DNA of 64,000 nucleotides from Kiritimatiellia bacterium (GTDB lineage Bacteria; Verrucomicrobiota; Kiritimatiellia; RFP12; JAAYLN01): the NCBI GenBank assembly GCA_045627605.1, contig JAZQOA010000086.1, positions 15,281 through 79,280 of the forward strand, in the 5' to 3' direction. This document shows positions 9,948 to 18,474 of the stretch, one piece after another (the first letter of the stretch is position 1; each line of letters starts with the position of its first letter). Position numbers and translations under genes: made by a program. The notes beneath the pieces were generated by a model. The model saw nothing but the letters and a program-made list of their open reading frames with translations, was not told where the DNA came from and made no database searches.

Positions 9948-10877
9948 CTACGCGAAGAGCCAAGTCGAGAGGTAGCGTTCGCCCGTGTCGGGAAGGAGCA
10001 CGACGATGGTCTTGCCCTTGTACTCGGGGCGCTTTGACATTTCAAGCGCGACGTAAAGCGCGGCGCCGGACGTGATGCCAACGAGCAGGCCTTCCCGAGC
10101 GGCCGCCGCACGCGCAGCGACACCGGCGTCCTCGGCCGAGACGGCCACGACTTCGTCGATGAGCGAACGGTCAAGCACCTTCGGGATGAAATTGGCGCCG
10201 ATGCCCTGAAGGCGGTGCGGCCCGAAACGCCCCTGCGAAAGCAACGGGCTTTCATCGGGCTCGACCGCGACGATTTTCACACCGGGATTTTTGCCTCGCA
10301 AAAAGCGCGCCGCCCCCGTAAGCGTACCGCCCGTGCCGACACCGGCGACATAGGCGTCGACAACGCCCCCGGCATCCTCCCAGATTTCGGGGCCCGTCGT
10401 GCGGTAGTGAGCCTCGGCGTTGGCGGGGTTTTCAAACTGCTGGGCAATCATCGAGTTGGGAATCGAGGCGTTGAGTTCCTCGGCCTTGGCGATGGCGCCG
10501 GCCATGCCCTCCGCCCCCGGCGTGAGCACGATTTCGGCCCCGTAGGCGTTGGCGAGCTTGCGCCGCTCGACGCTCATCGTGTCGGGCATCGTGAGGATGA
10601 CGTGGTAGCCGCGAATTGCCGCGACAAGCGCCAGTCCAACGCCGGTGTTGCCCGATGTAGGCTCGATAATCGTCCCGCCGGGCTTGAGGCGTCCGTCACG
10701 CTCGGCGGCGTCGACCATCGCAAGCGCAACGCGATCCTTGGCGCTTCCGCCGGGGTTGAAGAACTCGACTTTGGCGAGCACACGGGCCCCGCCCTTGTTG
10801 AGTCTTTCCGAGATTTCGACCAGCGGGGTGCCACCGATGCATTCGAGAACCGACTTGGCTATGCGCGGCATATCCAT
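9948..10877 (-). CDS. cysK: Cysteine synthase A (O-acetylserine sulfhydrylase)
   Basis: IGGTPLVEISERL, KVEFFNPGGSAKDRVALAMV (PLP lysine region), PTSGNTGVGLA and GVGTGGTLTG. Confidence 0.9.
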   Translation of the reverse strand: MDMPRIAKSVLECIGGTPLVEISERLNKGGARVLAKVEFFNPGGSAKDRVALAMVDAAERDGRLKPGGTIIEPTSGNTGVGLALVAAIRGYHVILTMPDTMSVERRKLANAYGAEIVLTPGAEGMAGAIAKAEELNASIPNSMIAQQFENPANAEAHYRTTGPEIWEDAGGVVDAYVAGVGTGGTLTGAARFLRGKNPGVKIVAVEPDESPLLSQGRFGPHRLQGIGANFIPKVLDRSLIDEVVAVSAEDAGVAARAAAAREGLLVGITSGAALYVALEMSKRPEYKGKTIVVLLPDTGERYLSTWLFA

Positions 10878-11632
10878 TCGCCCCTTTCCTTCTTTCCAAG
10901 CAATGCCGCGCTATCGGGGTCGAGGAACATCCTGCAGTCGGGGTGCATCTGCATGATCGACGACGGGCACATATTGGAGACGGGACCGTCGATGGCGCCC
11001 TTGACCGCCTCGGCCTTGCGGGCGTCGGGGCAGGTGCAGACAATCGTCCGCGACCACATGATCTGCTTGATGGTCATTGAGAAGGCGTGGGTTGGGACTT
11101 CGTCCATCGTCTTGAACCACCCTTCGCCGATCTGCTGGTGCCGGCATTTCTCGTCGAGTTTGACGACGAGATAGGCGTCATTGGAGTCGAAGTCGGCGGG
11201 CGGGTCGTTGAAGGCGAGGTGGCCATTCTCGCCAATGCCGACGCAGGCGAGGTCAATCGGCGCCGCGCGAAGCAGGTCTTGGAGACGCCTGATTTCGGCC
11301 GCGGGGTCGGCCGCCTCGCCGTTGACCTCGTTGAAGGCCTTCATGGGCCGGGGCGTCTGCGACACGAAACGTTTGCGCATGTAGTTGCGAAAACTCGCCG
11401 GGTGCTCGATTGAGAGCCCGACGTATTCGTCGAGATGGAAACCGGTGACCTTCGTCCAGTCGATTCCGGGTTCCTTCACAAGCGCGGCGAGAAATTCGAA
11501 CTGGCTGGCGCCGGTGGCGACGATGATGCGCGCCTCGCCTTTTTCCGCGATTGCGCGACGGATGCAATCCGCCGCCGAGGCGGCCGCCTTTGCCGCCATG
11601 TCAAGTTTGTCCTTGCCAATGTAAGTTACCAT
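10859..11632 (-). CDS. Glucosamine-6-phosphate deaminase / 6-phosphogluconolactonase family protein
   Basis: IIVATGASQFEFLAAL, FHLDEYVGL and GIGENGHLAFNDPP. The start is taken at the internal ATG (MVTYIGKDK) at 11632. The 3' end overlaps the cysK start by 13-19 nt. Confidence 0.75.
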   Translation of the reverse strand: MVTYIGKDKLDMAAKAAASAADCIRRAIAEKGEARIIVATGASQFEFLAALVKEPGIDWTKVTGFHLDEYVGLSIEHPASFRNYMRKRFVSQTPRPMKAFNEVNGEAADPAAEIRRLQDLLRAAPIDLACVGIGENGHLAFNDPPADFDSNDAYLVVKLDEKCRHQQIGEGWFKTMDEVPTHAFSMTIKQIMWSRTIVCTCPDARKAEAVKGAIDGPVSNMCPSSIMQMHPDCRMFLDPDSAALLGKKERGEWICRA

Positions 11633-11693
11633 TGCTTTTCCTTTCACGCCGCTAAAGCGGCTGTTCCCGAACAAGTTTGAAAAGGGCCCCCCG

Positions 11694-14180
11694 CTACGCA
11701 AGCGAAATCACCAGATGGTCGAGGGCGTCGATCGTGACCGGCTTGAGCAGGTAGCCGTTGAAGCCGCACTCGGCGTGGTGCTTCACGACTTCGGCGTCGG
11801 CCGTCACGGCGTAGACGGGCAGCGAGGAGAGCTCGTTGCTCGCGCGGATGTAGTTGACAAGCTCCTCGCCGCTCATCTCCGGCATCCAGAGGTCGGTGAG
11901 CACGAGGTTGTAGGTGCCCTTCTTGAGTTCCTCGATGGCCGCCGCACCTGAGTTGACCGTCTTCGAATTGGAGACGCCAATGTGGCGGAGAAGGCGTGAA
12001 AGCACCATCAGGTTCAACGGCTGGTCGTCGACGAGCAGGACATTCAGCGCGGCGCGGCGCGCCTGCTCCTCGGGCGACCGCTGCGGCACAGCGGAGGCCG
12101 CGTTTTTCGCAACCTCCGCGTTTTTTTTCGCCGCAGTCGCCTCGGCGGGCTTCGCTGCGGGCGGTTCGACAAATTTAAGCTTTGAGAACTCAACCGAGAA
12201 CGTGCTGCCGGTCCCGACTTCAGACTCGACCTGTAGTTTGCCGCCCATTTTCTCGCTCAGGCGGCGCGTGATTGCCAGCCCGAGGCCAGTGCCCTTGGTG
12301 CGGTCCGTCGTGGAGAGCTGGACGAAAGGCTCGGCAAGTTTTTTGATGTTCTGCGGCGAGATGCCGGGGCCGGTGTCGCGGACGCGGATCGTGAGCTTGC
12401 CGGCATCTGGTTCCGTCGAGACGGTGACGTAAACGCCGCCCTTCTTCGTGAACTTGACGGCGTTGCTGACAAGATTCATGAGAATCTGCTTGAAGCGCGC
12501 GGGGTCGACGACCGGCAGGCGTCCGTCGTCCACCCCGTGGCTGTCGATTTCGAGTTCGATGCCGTTTTGCTGGGCCTGGGGGAGGAAGGCGAGGCCGATG
12601 TCGTCCGCGATCTTCGTCACGTTCGAGGGGGCCGGCGCAAAGGTCATCTTGTCGGCGTCAAGCTTGGAAAGGTCGAGGACGTCGTTGACAAGCGACATCA
12701 GCTGGTTGCCGGAGGCGATAATCGCGGAGAGGTAGCGGTCGCGCTCGGAACCCACGACGTTCCCGAACTTAAGCAACTCGGAGAAGCCGATGATGGCGTT
12801 GAGCGGCGTGCGGATGTCATGCGAGACCGTGGCGAAAAAGTAGGTTTTCGCCCGTTCCGCCTGAATGGCGCTGTCGCGCTCGCGCTTGATGGCCTCGATC
12901 ATCTCCCGTTCGCGCGCCGGCATGTGGATGCTGCCGAAACCAAGGCTCAGCAACAGAAGCACGAGCAGAACGGCGAAGTCCGCGATGGCGCAGCATTTCA
13001 AAAGATGGCAGTTGTCTTCAAACGCGTCCATCACGGATCCGATTTTCCCGTCCTGCGCCAGCTGCAAGGACTCAAGGGAACTGTAAGCCGTGCGCCAGAC
13101 CATCGTCTTCAACTTGGAATACGATTCGTCGGAAAGCATGACCAGCGCCTGGCGACGTTGGTCGTCGACACCCATTGACTGCTCCTCCGCCGACAGCTCC
13201 ACTCCTGCGATTTCCGGCGGCAACATGTCCTCCCCGACGCCGTAAGAGGCGGCGGCAAGGCGCATCGAACGGTGTTCGATGGCGGCAAGCGAGGCGGAGT
13301 TGCTAATCGACAGCGCAAGGTTTTCGACGAACTTCTCCGCTCCCGTCACCCCCGCGAAACGGTCCTTCAAGTTCATGACGCGGCCGTTGCCCGCCTCCTC
13401 GAAGTATTTCTTCATGAAGGACGCATCCCCCGTCGAGACATACTTGCGCGCATAGACCGTGAGGTTCGCCCCGCGAACGCTGAGCTGTTCCGCCGCCATG
13501 GAGAAATCACGCCTGAGCCGCAGGCCCTTGTCGATGTCGTCGTGCAACATGCGCATGCCCGAGCAGCGAACATAGAGCAGTCCGGTCAGGAGAATGCTGG
13601 CGAGAATGAAGACGAGGGCGACCAGCCGCAATCCATTGAGGCGAAGGAACGAGATTTTTTCCTTCGCCCCCGCGTGCTCCCTGACCTCCTCCTTGTGGAC
13701 GCGGTCTTCGCGGCCGAGTTCGTTGAGACGGGTGCGCATCCTCGCCGCGAAGGCGGCGTTGGCCGACCCCTCCTTGATCAACAGGGTGAAGTATGCCGCC
13801 AGCGCCCTTTTTGAAACGGGCTTGTTTGTCATGCCGTTCATGCCGGCGCCCGCGGCATTGTCGAAAAGCTCGGGGTTGTTATCCGCCGACATGCCGATGA
13901 ACGGGAGCGTCCCCGAATCGGGGTGCGCCGAGGCGCGGAACGCGGTGACCAGCTCGATGCCGTCCATCTCCGGCATGAAGATGTCCGTCAGCACGAGGCT
14001 GTAATATCCGCGCTTTGCGGCGATAAGCTTGTTGAGCGCCTCGCGCCCGTTGGTGGCGGTTTCGCATTCCGCGCCAAACTCGCGGACGGTGTCCGCCACA
14101 ATTTCAAGGGCGATTTCGTTGTCGTCCGCGACAAGAATCCTGTAGCCGCTGAAATCTTCGTTTTTGTCTGCCTGAACCAT
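11694..14180 (-). CDS. Membrane hybrid sensor histidine kinase (REC-TM-sensor-TM-HisKA-HATPase-REC)
   Basis: N-terminal receiver ILVADDNEIALEI...LVLTDIFMPEMDG. Two hydrophobic segments (LRLVALVFILASILLTGLLYV and ADFAVLLVLLLLSLGFG). H-box FFATVSHDIRTPLNAI. G-boxes VRDTGPGISPQN and GTGLGLAI. C-terminal receiver VLLVDDQPLNLMV...LVLTDLWMPEMSG. The ATG at 14180 lies 2 nt after the upstream stop. Confidence 0.8.
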   Translation of the reverse strand: MVQADKNEDFSGYRILVADDNEIALEIVADTVREFGAECETATNGREALNKLIAAKRGYYSLVLTDIFMPEMDGIELVTAFRASAHPDSGTLPFIGMSADNNPELFDNAAGAGMNGMTNKPVSKRALAAYFTLLIKEGSANAAFAARMRTRLNELGREDRVHKEEVREHAGAKEKISFLRLNGLRLVALVFILASILLTGLLYVRCSGMRMLHDDIDKGLRLRRDFSMAAEQLSVRGANLTVYARKYVSTGDASFMKKYFEEAGNGRVMNLKDRFAGVTGAEKFVENLALSISNSASLAAIEHRSMRLAAASYGVGEDMLPPEIAGVELSAEEQSMGVDDQRRQALVMLSDESYSKLKTMVWRTAYSSLESLQLAQDGKIGSVMDAFEDNCHLLKCCAIADFAVLLVLLLLSLGFGSIHMPAREREMIEAIKRERDSAIQAERAKTYFFATVSHDIRTPLNAIIGFSELLKFGNVVGSERDRYLSAIIASGNQLMSLVNDVLDLSKLDADKMTFAPAPSNVTKIADDIGLAFLPQAQQNGIELEIDSHGVDDGRLPVVDPARFKQILMNLVSNAVKFTKKGGVYVTVSTEPDAGKLTIRVRDTGPGISPQNIKKLAEPFVQLSTTDRTKGTGLGLAITRRLSEKMGGKLQVESEVGTGSTFSVEFSKLKFVEPPAAKPAEATAAKKNAEVAKNAASAVPQRSPEEQARRAALNVLLVDDQPLNLMVLSRLLRHIGVSNSKTVNSGAAAIEELKKGTYNLVLTDLWMPEMSGEELVNYIRASNELSSLPVYAVTADAEVVKHHAECGFNGYLLKPVTIDALDHLVISLA

Positions 14181-14182
14181 AG

Positions 14183-17100
14183 TCACACCTTCCGGGCCCC
14201 GTCGCCGCCCGGACAGAATTCGCCGAGCAGATTGAGGATGCTGTCGCCGGTCACCGGCTTTGTCAAGATGGAATCGAAAAGATCTACGTCGAAGGTCGAG
14301 CCGGCGTCGGCATCGGCCGTCACCGCGACGACGGGGACGCCCGCCAGCTCGGGGTCGGCGCGCATTTCGCGCGCAAGGGCCTCGCCGTTCATGCCCGGCA
14401 TCCACATGTCCGTCAACACAATGAGGCGCCCGTCGCGACGGGATGCCTCAGCCGACTTCAAATAGTCCATCGCCTCGCGGGCGCCGCCAAACATCTCGAT
14501 GCCGTCGACAGGGACGCCCAGTCGCTTCAGGTACTGGCGCAGAATCCTGAGGTTCATCTGGACGTCGTCGACGAGTACGAAACGCAATTTGGCAATATCG
14601 GCGGACGATGCCTCGCGACGCCGCGGCTGCGTCGCCGGAGCGTCGGGGGCGCATTCCCGCGCGGAGAGGGGGGCGCATTCGGTTTCGGGCAATCCCACCC
14701 CCGGCAGGGAAAGCGTGAAGACGCTCCCTGCGCCCAGTTTGCTCTCCGCGACAAGTGTCCCGCCGGCCGCCTCGGCAAGGCGCCGCGAAATCGGAAGCCC
14801 AAGCCCCGTGCCCTTGTAGACCTTGCCGCCGCGGATGCCGCCGTCCTGCACGAACGGGTCGAAAACAGCCTGGATCTTGTCGGGCGATATCCCGATGCCG
14901 GTGTCGGCCACCTTGACGACGAGCGTGGCGGTGCCGTCGTCGGAGACGCAATCGAGCCCCGCGGAAAAATTGACGCCGCCCTTCTGCGTGAACTTGACGG
15001 CGTTGCCGACGAGGTTCAGCAGGATCTGGCGCACGCGCTCTTCGCGGAGATCGAGGAGGGGGAAGTCCTTGTCGATTTCGTAGTCCAGGGAGATGTGCTT
15101 GTCCTGCGCGCTGAACTGGAAGATCGACGCCATTTCCTCGAAAAGCTTGCGCATGTCGCAGATGCCGCCCCTCACCTCGATGTTTCTCGCCTCAAGTTTC
15201 GAGAGGTCGAGGATGTCGTTGATGAGGGCGAGAAGCGCGTTCGACGACTTCGTGATGCCGTCGAGGTAGGTGTCGCGCTCCTCCGGGGAGCAGCCGGCAT
15301 CGCGCAGGAACTCGGAGAAGCCAATCACGGCGTTGAGCGGCGTGCGTATCTCGTGGCTCATCGTGGCGAGGAAGGTGCTCTTCGTCCGCTCCGCCTTCTT
15401 CGCGTCGTCAAGGGCCTGGAGAATCTCCTGGTTCTTGCGGGAAATCTCAGCCATGGCGTTGGCGCGCTGCACCGAGAGGGCGATGAAATCGACGGCGATG
15501 CGCATGACCCGCTCGCCGGACTCGAAGAAGGGCGAACGCCGCCGCGCGTAGATGACGCCGAGGCGCGCCCAGGGCTTGCCATCGACCATGACTTGCGTCG
15601 CCATAACCGACTTGTTGGGGCAGTCCGGGGGCAGCTGGAGCGCGTCGGGGCTCCGGGCGTCGGAGAGGTTCACCATGTTCGACGACCCGAAAAGGGCGGA
15701 GCCCGCGCTGTTCATCGGGCAGTTTGCGCAGCCATTGCAGATGCCCTCGCGGACGTCGTCGAGGAACCAGTCCCGCCGGTAGCCGTCGACGCCGGCGAAG
15801 ATCACGTGGTCGCAGTTGAAGTAGCCGATGAGCCGCCGCGCGACATAGTCGATGATCTGCCACTGGTCGCGGTGGGCGACGACGAAAGACGAGACATCCG
15901 CCTTGAACGACTCCGCCGCCGCCGCGCGGCGTTCCTCCGTCACGTCGTGGATGACGCACAGCACGAGGCGGTGGCCGCTGCCCATGAGCGTCTGCTTCCA
16001 GCAGCGGAGCGTGCGCGACGACCCATCCTCGAAGACCATCGTGTCCTCGTACTGGATGGCGGCGGCGCCACCAAGCGCCTCCTCGTCGCGCTTCGCCGCG
16101 AGGGCGCTGATTCCGGGGCCCAGCAGCTCCTCGGCCGTTTTACCGATGATCTCGTCCATCCTCGCGCCGATAAGCGCGGCGTAGGCCGCGTTGCAGCGGA
16201 CGTAGCGCAAGCCGTAGTCGGCGTCCTTGAGAAAACACGGCGACGGGCTGGCATTGAAGATGCGGTTGATGAAGATGCTCTCCTCGGCGGCCGCCGCGTG
16301 CAGACCGCTGAGCTCCTCGTAGTTGAGGCGTCGTTCGATGGCGCTGCCGAAAACCGAGGCGAGCCTGCGGAAATTTCCCTTCTCAAGTTCGTTGAGGCGG
16401 CGGTCCTCGTCGAAAACGACGTTGAGCACGCCCCAGGCCGCCCCCTTGACGAAGAGCGGCACCGAGGTCATCGAGGAGGCGTTGCCCGCGCCCTTCCGAC
16501 GCGAGATGCCGTAGGCGTCCCGGATTTCGGCGAGGTCACGGGCGTTCCACTCCCTGAGGCCTTGGGAAAGAAGCTGGGCGCGATGACTGGAGAAAAGCCC
16601 GATCGGCGCCGAGACCTTGCCGTTGATGACGGCGCGGCCGTCGCGCGCCACCATGTGGAGATCCTCGATGACATTGGCGCCGTGGGCGACGTCAAGGCGC
16701 GAAAGGAAACAGACGTCGGCGTTGAAACGCTCGCGGACGATTTCAAGGAAAGGACGCGTCCCGGTGCTGCCGACATCGCCCTGGAGGGCGAGGAGGGCCC
16801 GCTCCAGCGACATTGAGTTGGCGGCGGAGATTTCGGCCAATTCGCGCCGCGCGTTCTCGGCGGTCTCCTTGGCGGCGATCAGCTCCGCCTCGCGGTCGCG
16901 GCGCGCCCTGGCGAGTTCGAGCTCGTGGCGCATCTCGATGGATTCAAGTTCGCGGACGGCGAGTTCGGTCTGGTCGAGGATCGTGACGACGGCGTTCTCG
17001 GGGCAGTCGCTGAAGCCAGTCTTGACAATGCGCATCTCCTTGTAGCGAGGCGGGGCGCCCTTGGTGCGGTAGCGGGTCGAGACCGACTTGCACCCCGAAA

Positions 17101-17362
17101 GGCGTTCACGCAGGCCGGCGAGGTCTGTGAAGTCCAGGACCTCCTTTTGGAATTCCGGCGAGACATTGGCCAGCACCATCAGCTCGATGTAGTCCGAGAA
17201 GAGCACGTCGGTCGCCGCCGGACGCGATCTTTCATACGCCCGGTTGTCCATCCGGTAGATCGACATCCTGCCATTGAAGAGGTCGACGTAGAACATCGAC
17301 TCGTATTCGTTGGCGAGGGTCTCGATCAGACCCGTTTCCATGCTGTCGTGCGACTGGCTCAT
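14183..17362 (-). CDS. Cytoplasmic hybrid sensor histidine kinase (N-terminal unknown domain, coiled-coil, GAF/PAS-like modules, HisKA, HATPase, REC)
   Basis: H-box FLATMSHEIRTPLNAV. G-boxes VADTGIGISPDK and GTGLGLPISRRL. Receiver FVLVDDVQMNLRIL...IVLTDMWMPGMNG. No hydrophobic TM segment was seen. Confidence 0.8.
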   Translation of the reverse strand: MSQSHDSMETGLIETLANEYESMFYVDLFNGRMSIYRMDNRAYERSRPAATDVLFSDYIELMVLANVSPEFQKEVLDFTDLAGLRERLSGCKSVSTRYRTKGAPPRYKEMRIVKTGFSDCPENAVVTILDQTELAVRELESIEMRHELELARARRDREAELIAAKETAENARRELAEISAANSMSLERALLALQGDVGSTGTRPFLEIVRERFNADVCFLSRLDVAHGANVIEDLHMVARDGRAVINGKVSAPIGLFSSHRAQLLSQGLREWNARDLAEIRDAYGISRRKGAGNASSMTSVPLFVKGAAWGVLNVVFDEDRRLNELEKGNFRRLASVFGSAIERRLNYEELSGLHAAAAEESIFINRIFNASPSPCFLKDADYGLRYVRCNAAYAALIGARMDEIIGKTAEELLGPGISALAAKRDEEALGGAAAIQYEDTMVFEDGSSRTLRCWKQTLMGSGHRLVLCVIHDVTEERRAAAAESFKADVSSFVVAHRDQWQIIDYVARRLIGYFNCDHVIFAGVDGYRRDWFLDDVREGICNGCANCPMNSAGSALFGSSNMVNLSDARSPDALQLPPDCPNKSVMATQVMVDGKPWARLGVIYARRRSPFFESGERVMRIAVDFIALSVQRANAMAEISRKNQEILQALDDAKKAERTKSTFLATMSHEIRTPLNAVIGFSEFLRDAGCSPEERDTYLDGITKSSNALLALINDILDLSKLEARNIEVRGGICDMRKLFEEMASIFQFSAQDKHISLDYEIDKDFPLLDLREERVRQILLNLVGNAVKFTQKGGVNFSAGLDCVSDDGTATLVVKVADTGIGISPDKIQAVFDPFVQDGGIRGGKVYKGTGLGLPISRRLAEAAGGTLVAESKLGAGSVFTLSLPGVGLPETECAPLSARECAPDAPATQPRRREASSADIAKLRFVLVDDVQMNLRILRQYLKRLGVPVDGIEMFGGAREAMDYLKSAEASRRDGRLIVLTDMWMPGMNGEALAREMRADPELAGVPVVAVTADADAGSTFDVDLFDSILTKPVTGDSILNLLGEFCPGGDGARKV

Positions 17363-17383
17363 GATCTCACGCGGCCGGGGCTC

Positions 17384-18373
17384 CTACATTCTGAAGGCCG
17401 GCGTCAGGGCGGGCGTCTTCCACAGGCGGAGGAACTCGTCGTCCCACTTCGCCATGCTGAGCTGGAAGCCCGCCTGCTCCTGGGTGGTCAGGATTTCGCC
17501 GACCATTTGCGCGACGACCTCGACGCCGATTTCCTCGAGATACCGTACGCAGTCCTTGTAGAGGATCAAAAGCTCCATCATCGTCGTCGCGCCGGCGCCG
17601 TTGACCATGACGAAGGCCTTGTCGCCGCGCGCAAGCTGGATGTCCGCCACCAGTTCGCGGGCCATCAGCCCGACCGTCTCCGCCGCGCCGCGGAACGGCT
17701 GGATGCCGCCGCCGCCTTCGCCATGCTGCCCGGCGCCGATCTCCATCTCGTCGTCGCCCAAGCTGCCCATTGACTCGCCGGTGAAGGGGTTGGTGGCGAA
17801 CTTCGTCGCGACGGCGACCGTCGCCATCGAGTTGGCGTAGCGCTCGGCAAGCGCGGCAACCTCATCAAGCGAGCGGCCTTCGGCCGCGGCGGCCGCGGCG
17901 ATGTGATAGAGCGGCACCGCCCCGGCGAGGCCGCGCCGGTTGGCGCCGTCGCCACGGGGCGCGTTGGCGATGTCCTCCTGCGTCACGATCCTGCGGACGT
18001 TCATTCCCGCCATCTCGGCCATCTTCATGACCATGTTGCCCGTCAGCATGTCGCCAGCATGGTTGAGGACGAAAAGGAGCACACCGTGGCCCTTGTCCGC
18101 CCTTTGCAACGCCTCGAAAACGGTGCGGGGACCCGGGGCTGTGAAAACATCGCCAACCACCTGGATGTCGAGCATCCCCTTGCCGACATAGCCGAGTTGC
18201 GCCGGTTCGTGACCCGAGCCGCCGAACGTCACGATTGTCACGCGGTCGGCCTTTTCAAGCTCGCGGCTGACAACCATGCGCCCGTCGACCTCGACCAAGT
18301 CGCCGTGCAAAAGGGCAAACCCCTCGAGGAGCTCCTCGACGATTGTAGCCTTGTCATTGATGAATTTTCCCAT
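17384..18373 (-). CDS. dhaK: Dihydroxyacetone kinase DhaK-type subunit (Dha-binding domain only)
   Basis: MGKFINDKATIVEELLEGFAL and FGGSGHEPAQLGYVGKGMLD, the DhaK active-site His region. No dhaL or dhaM is adjacent. Confidence 0.8.
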   Translation of the reverse strand: MGKFINDKATIVEELLEGFALLHGDLVEVDGRMVVSRELEKADRVTIVTFGGSGHEPAQLGYVGKGMLDIQVVGDVFTAPGPRTVFEALQRADKGHGVLLFVLNHAGDMLTGNMVMKMAEMAGMNVRRIVTQEDIANAPRGDGANRRGLAGAVPLYHIAAAAAAEGRSLDEVAALAERYANSMATVAVATKFATNPFTGESMGSLGDDEMEIGAGQHGEGGGGIQPFRGAAETVGLMARELVADIQLARGDKAFVMVNGAGATTMMELLILYKDCVRYLEEIGVEVVAQMVGEILTTQEQAGFQLSMAKWDDEFLRLWKTPALTPAFRM

Positions 18374-18393
18374 GGCGCACCTTGCCTCCTTCC

Positions 18394-18407
18394 CATGCGC
18401 TCGCGCA
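18394..18407 (-). promoter_or_regulatory. 14-bp palindrome ATGCGC-GA-GCGCAT in the dhaK 5' region; a candidate operator
   Basis: Perfect inverted repeat located between an AT-rich stretch and the GGAAGGAGG ribosome-binding site upstream of the dhaK ATG (minus strand). Confidence 0.3.
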
Positions 18408-18474
18408 TTGCATTAAAAAAATACACCTTGCACGGGAAAAAATCAAGTTGGACACATCAATGAAGTTAAGGAAC

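Noticed and set aside
9917-10255. Upstream extension of the endonuclease ORF to 278 aa (ORF-track start 10255)
   Set aside because: The extension runs through the 3' part of cysK in another frame, and its translation is Arg/Ser-rich nonsense. The realistic starts are ATGs at 9916, 9895 or 9862.
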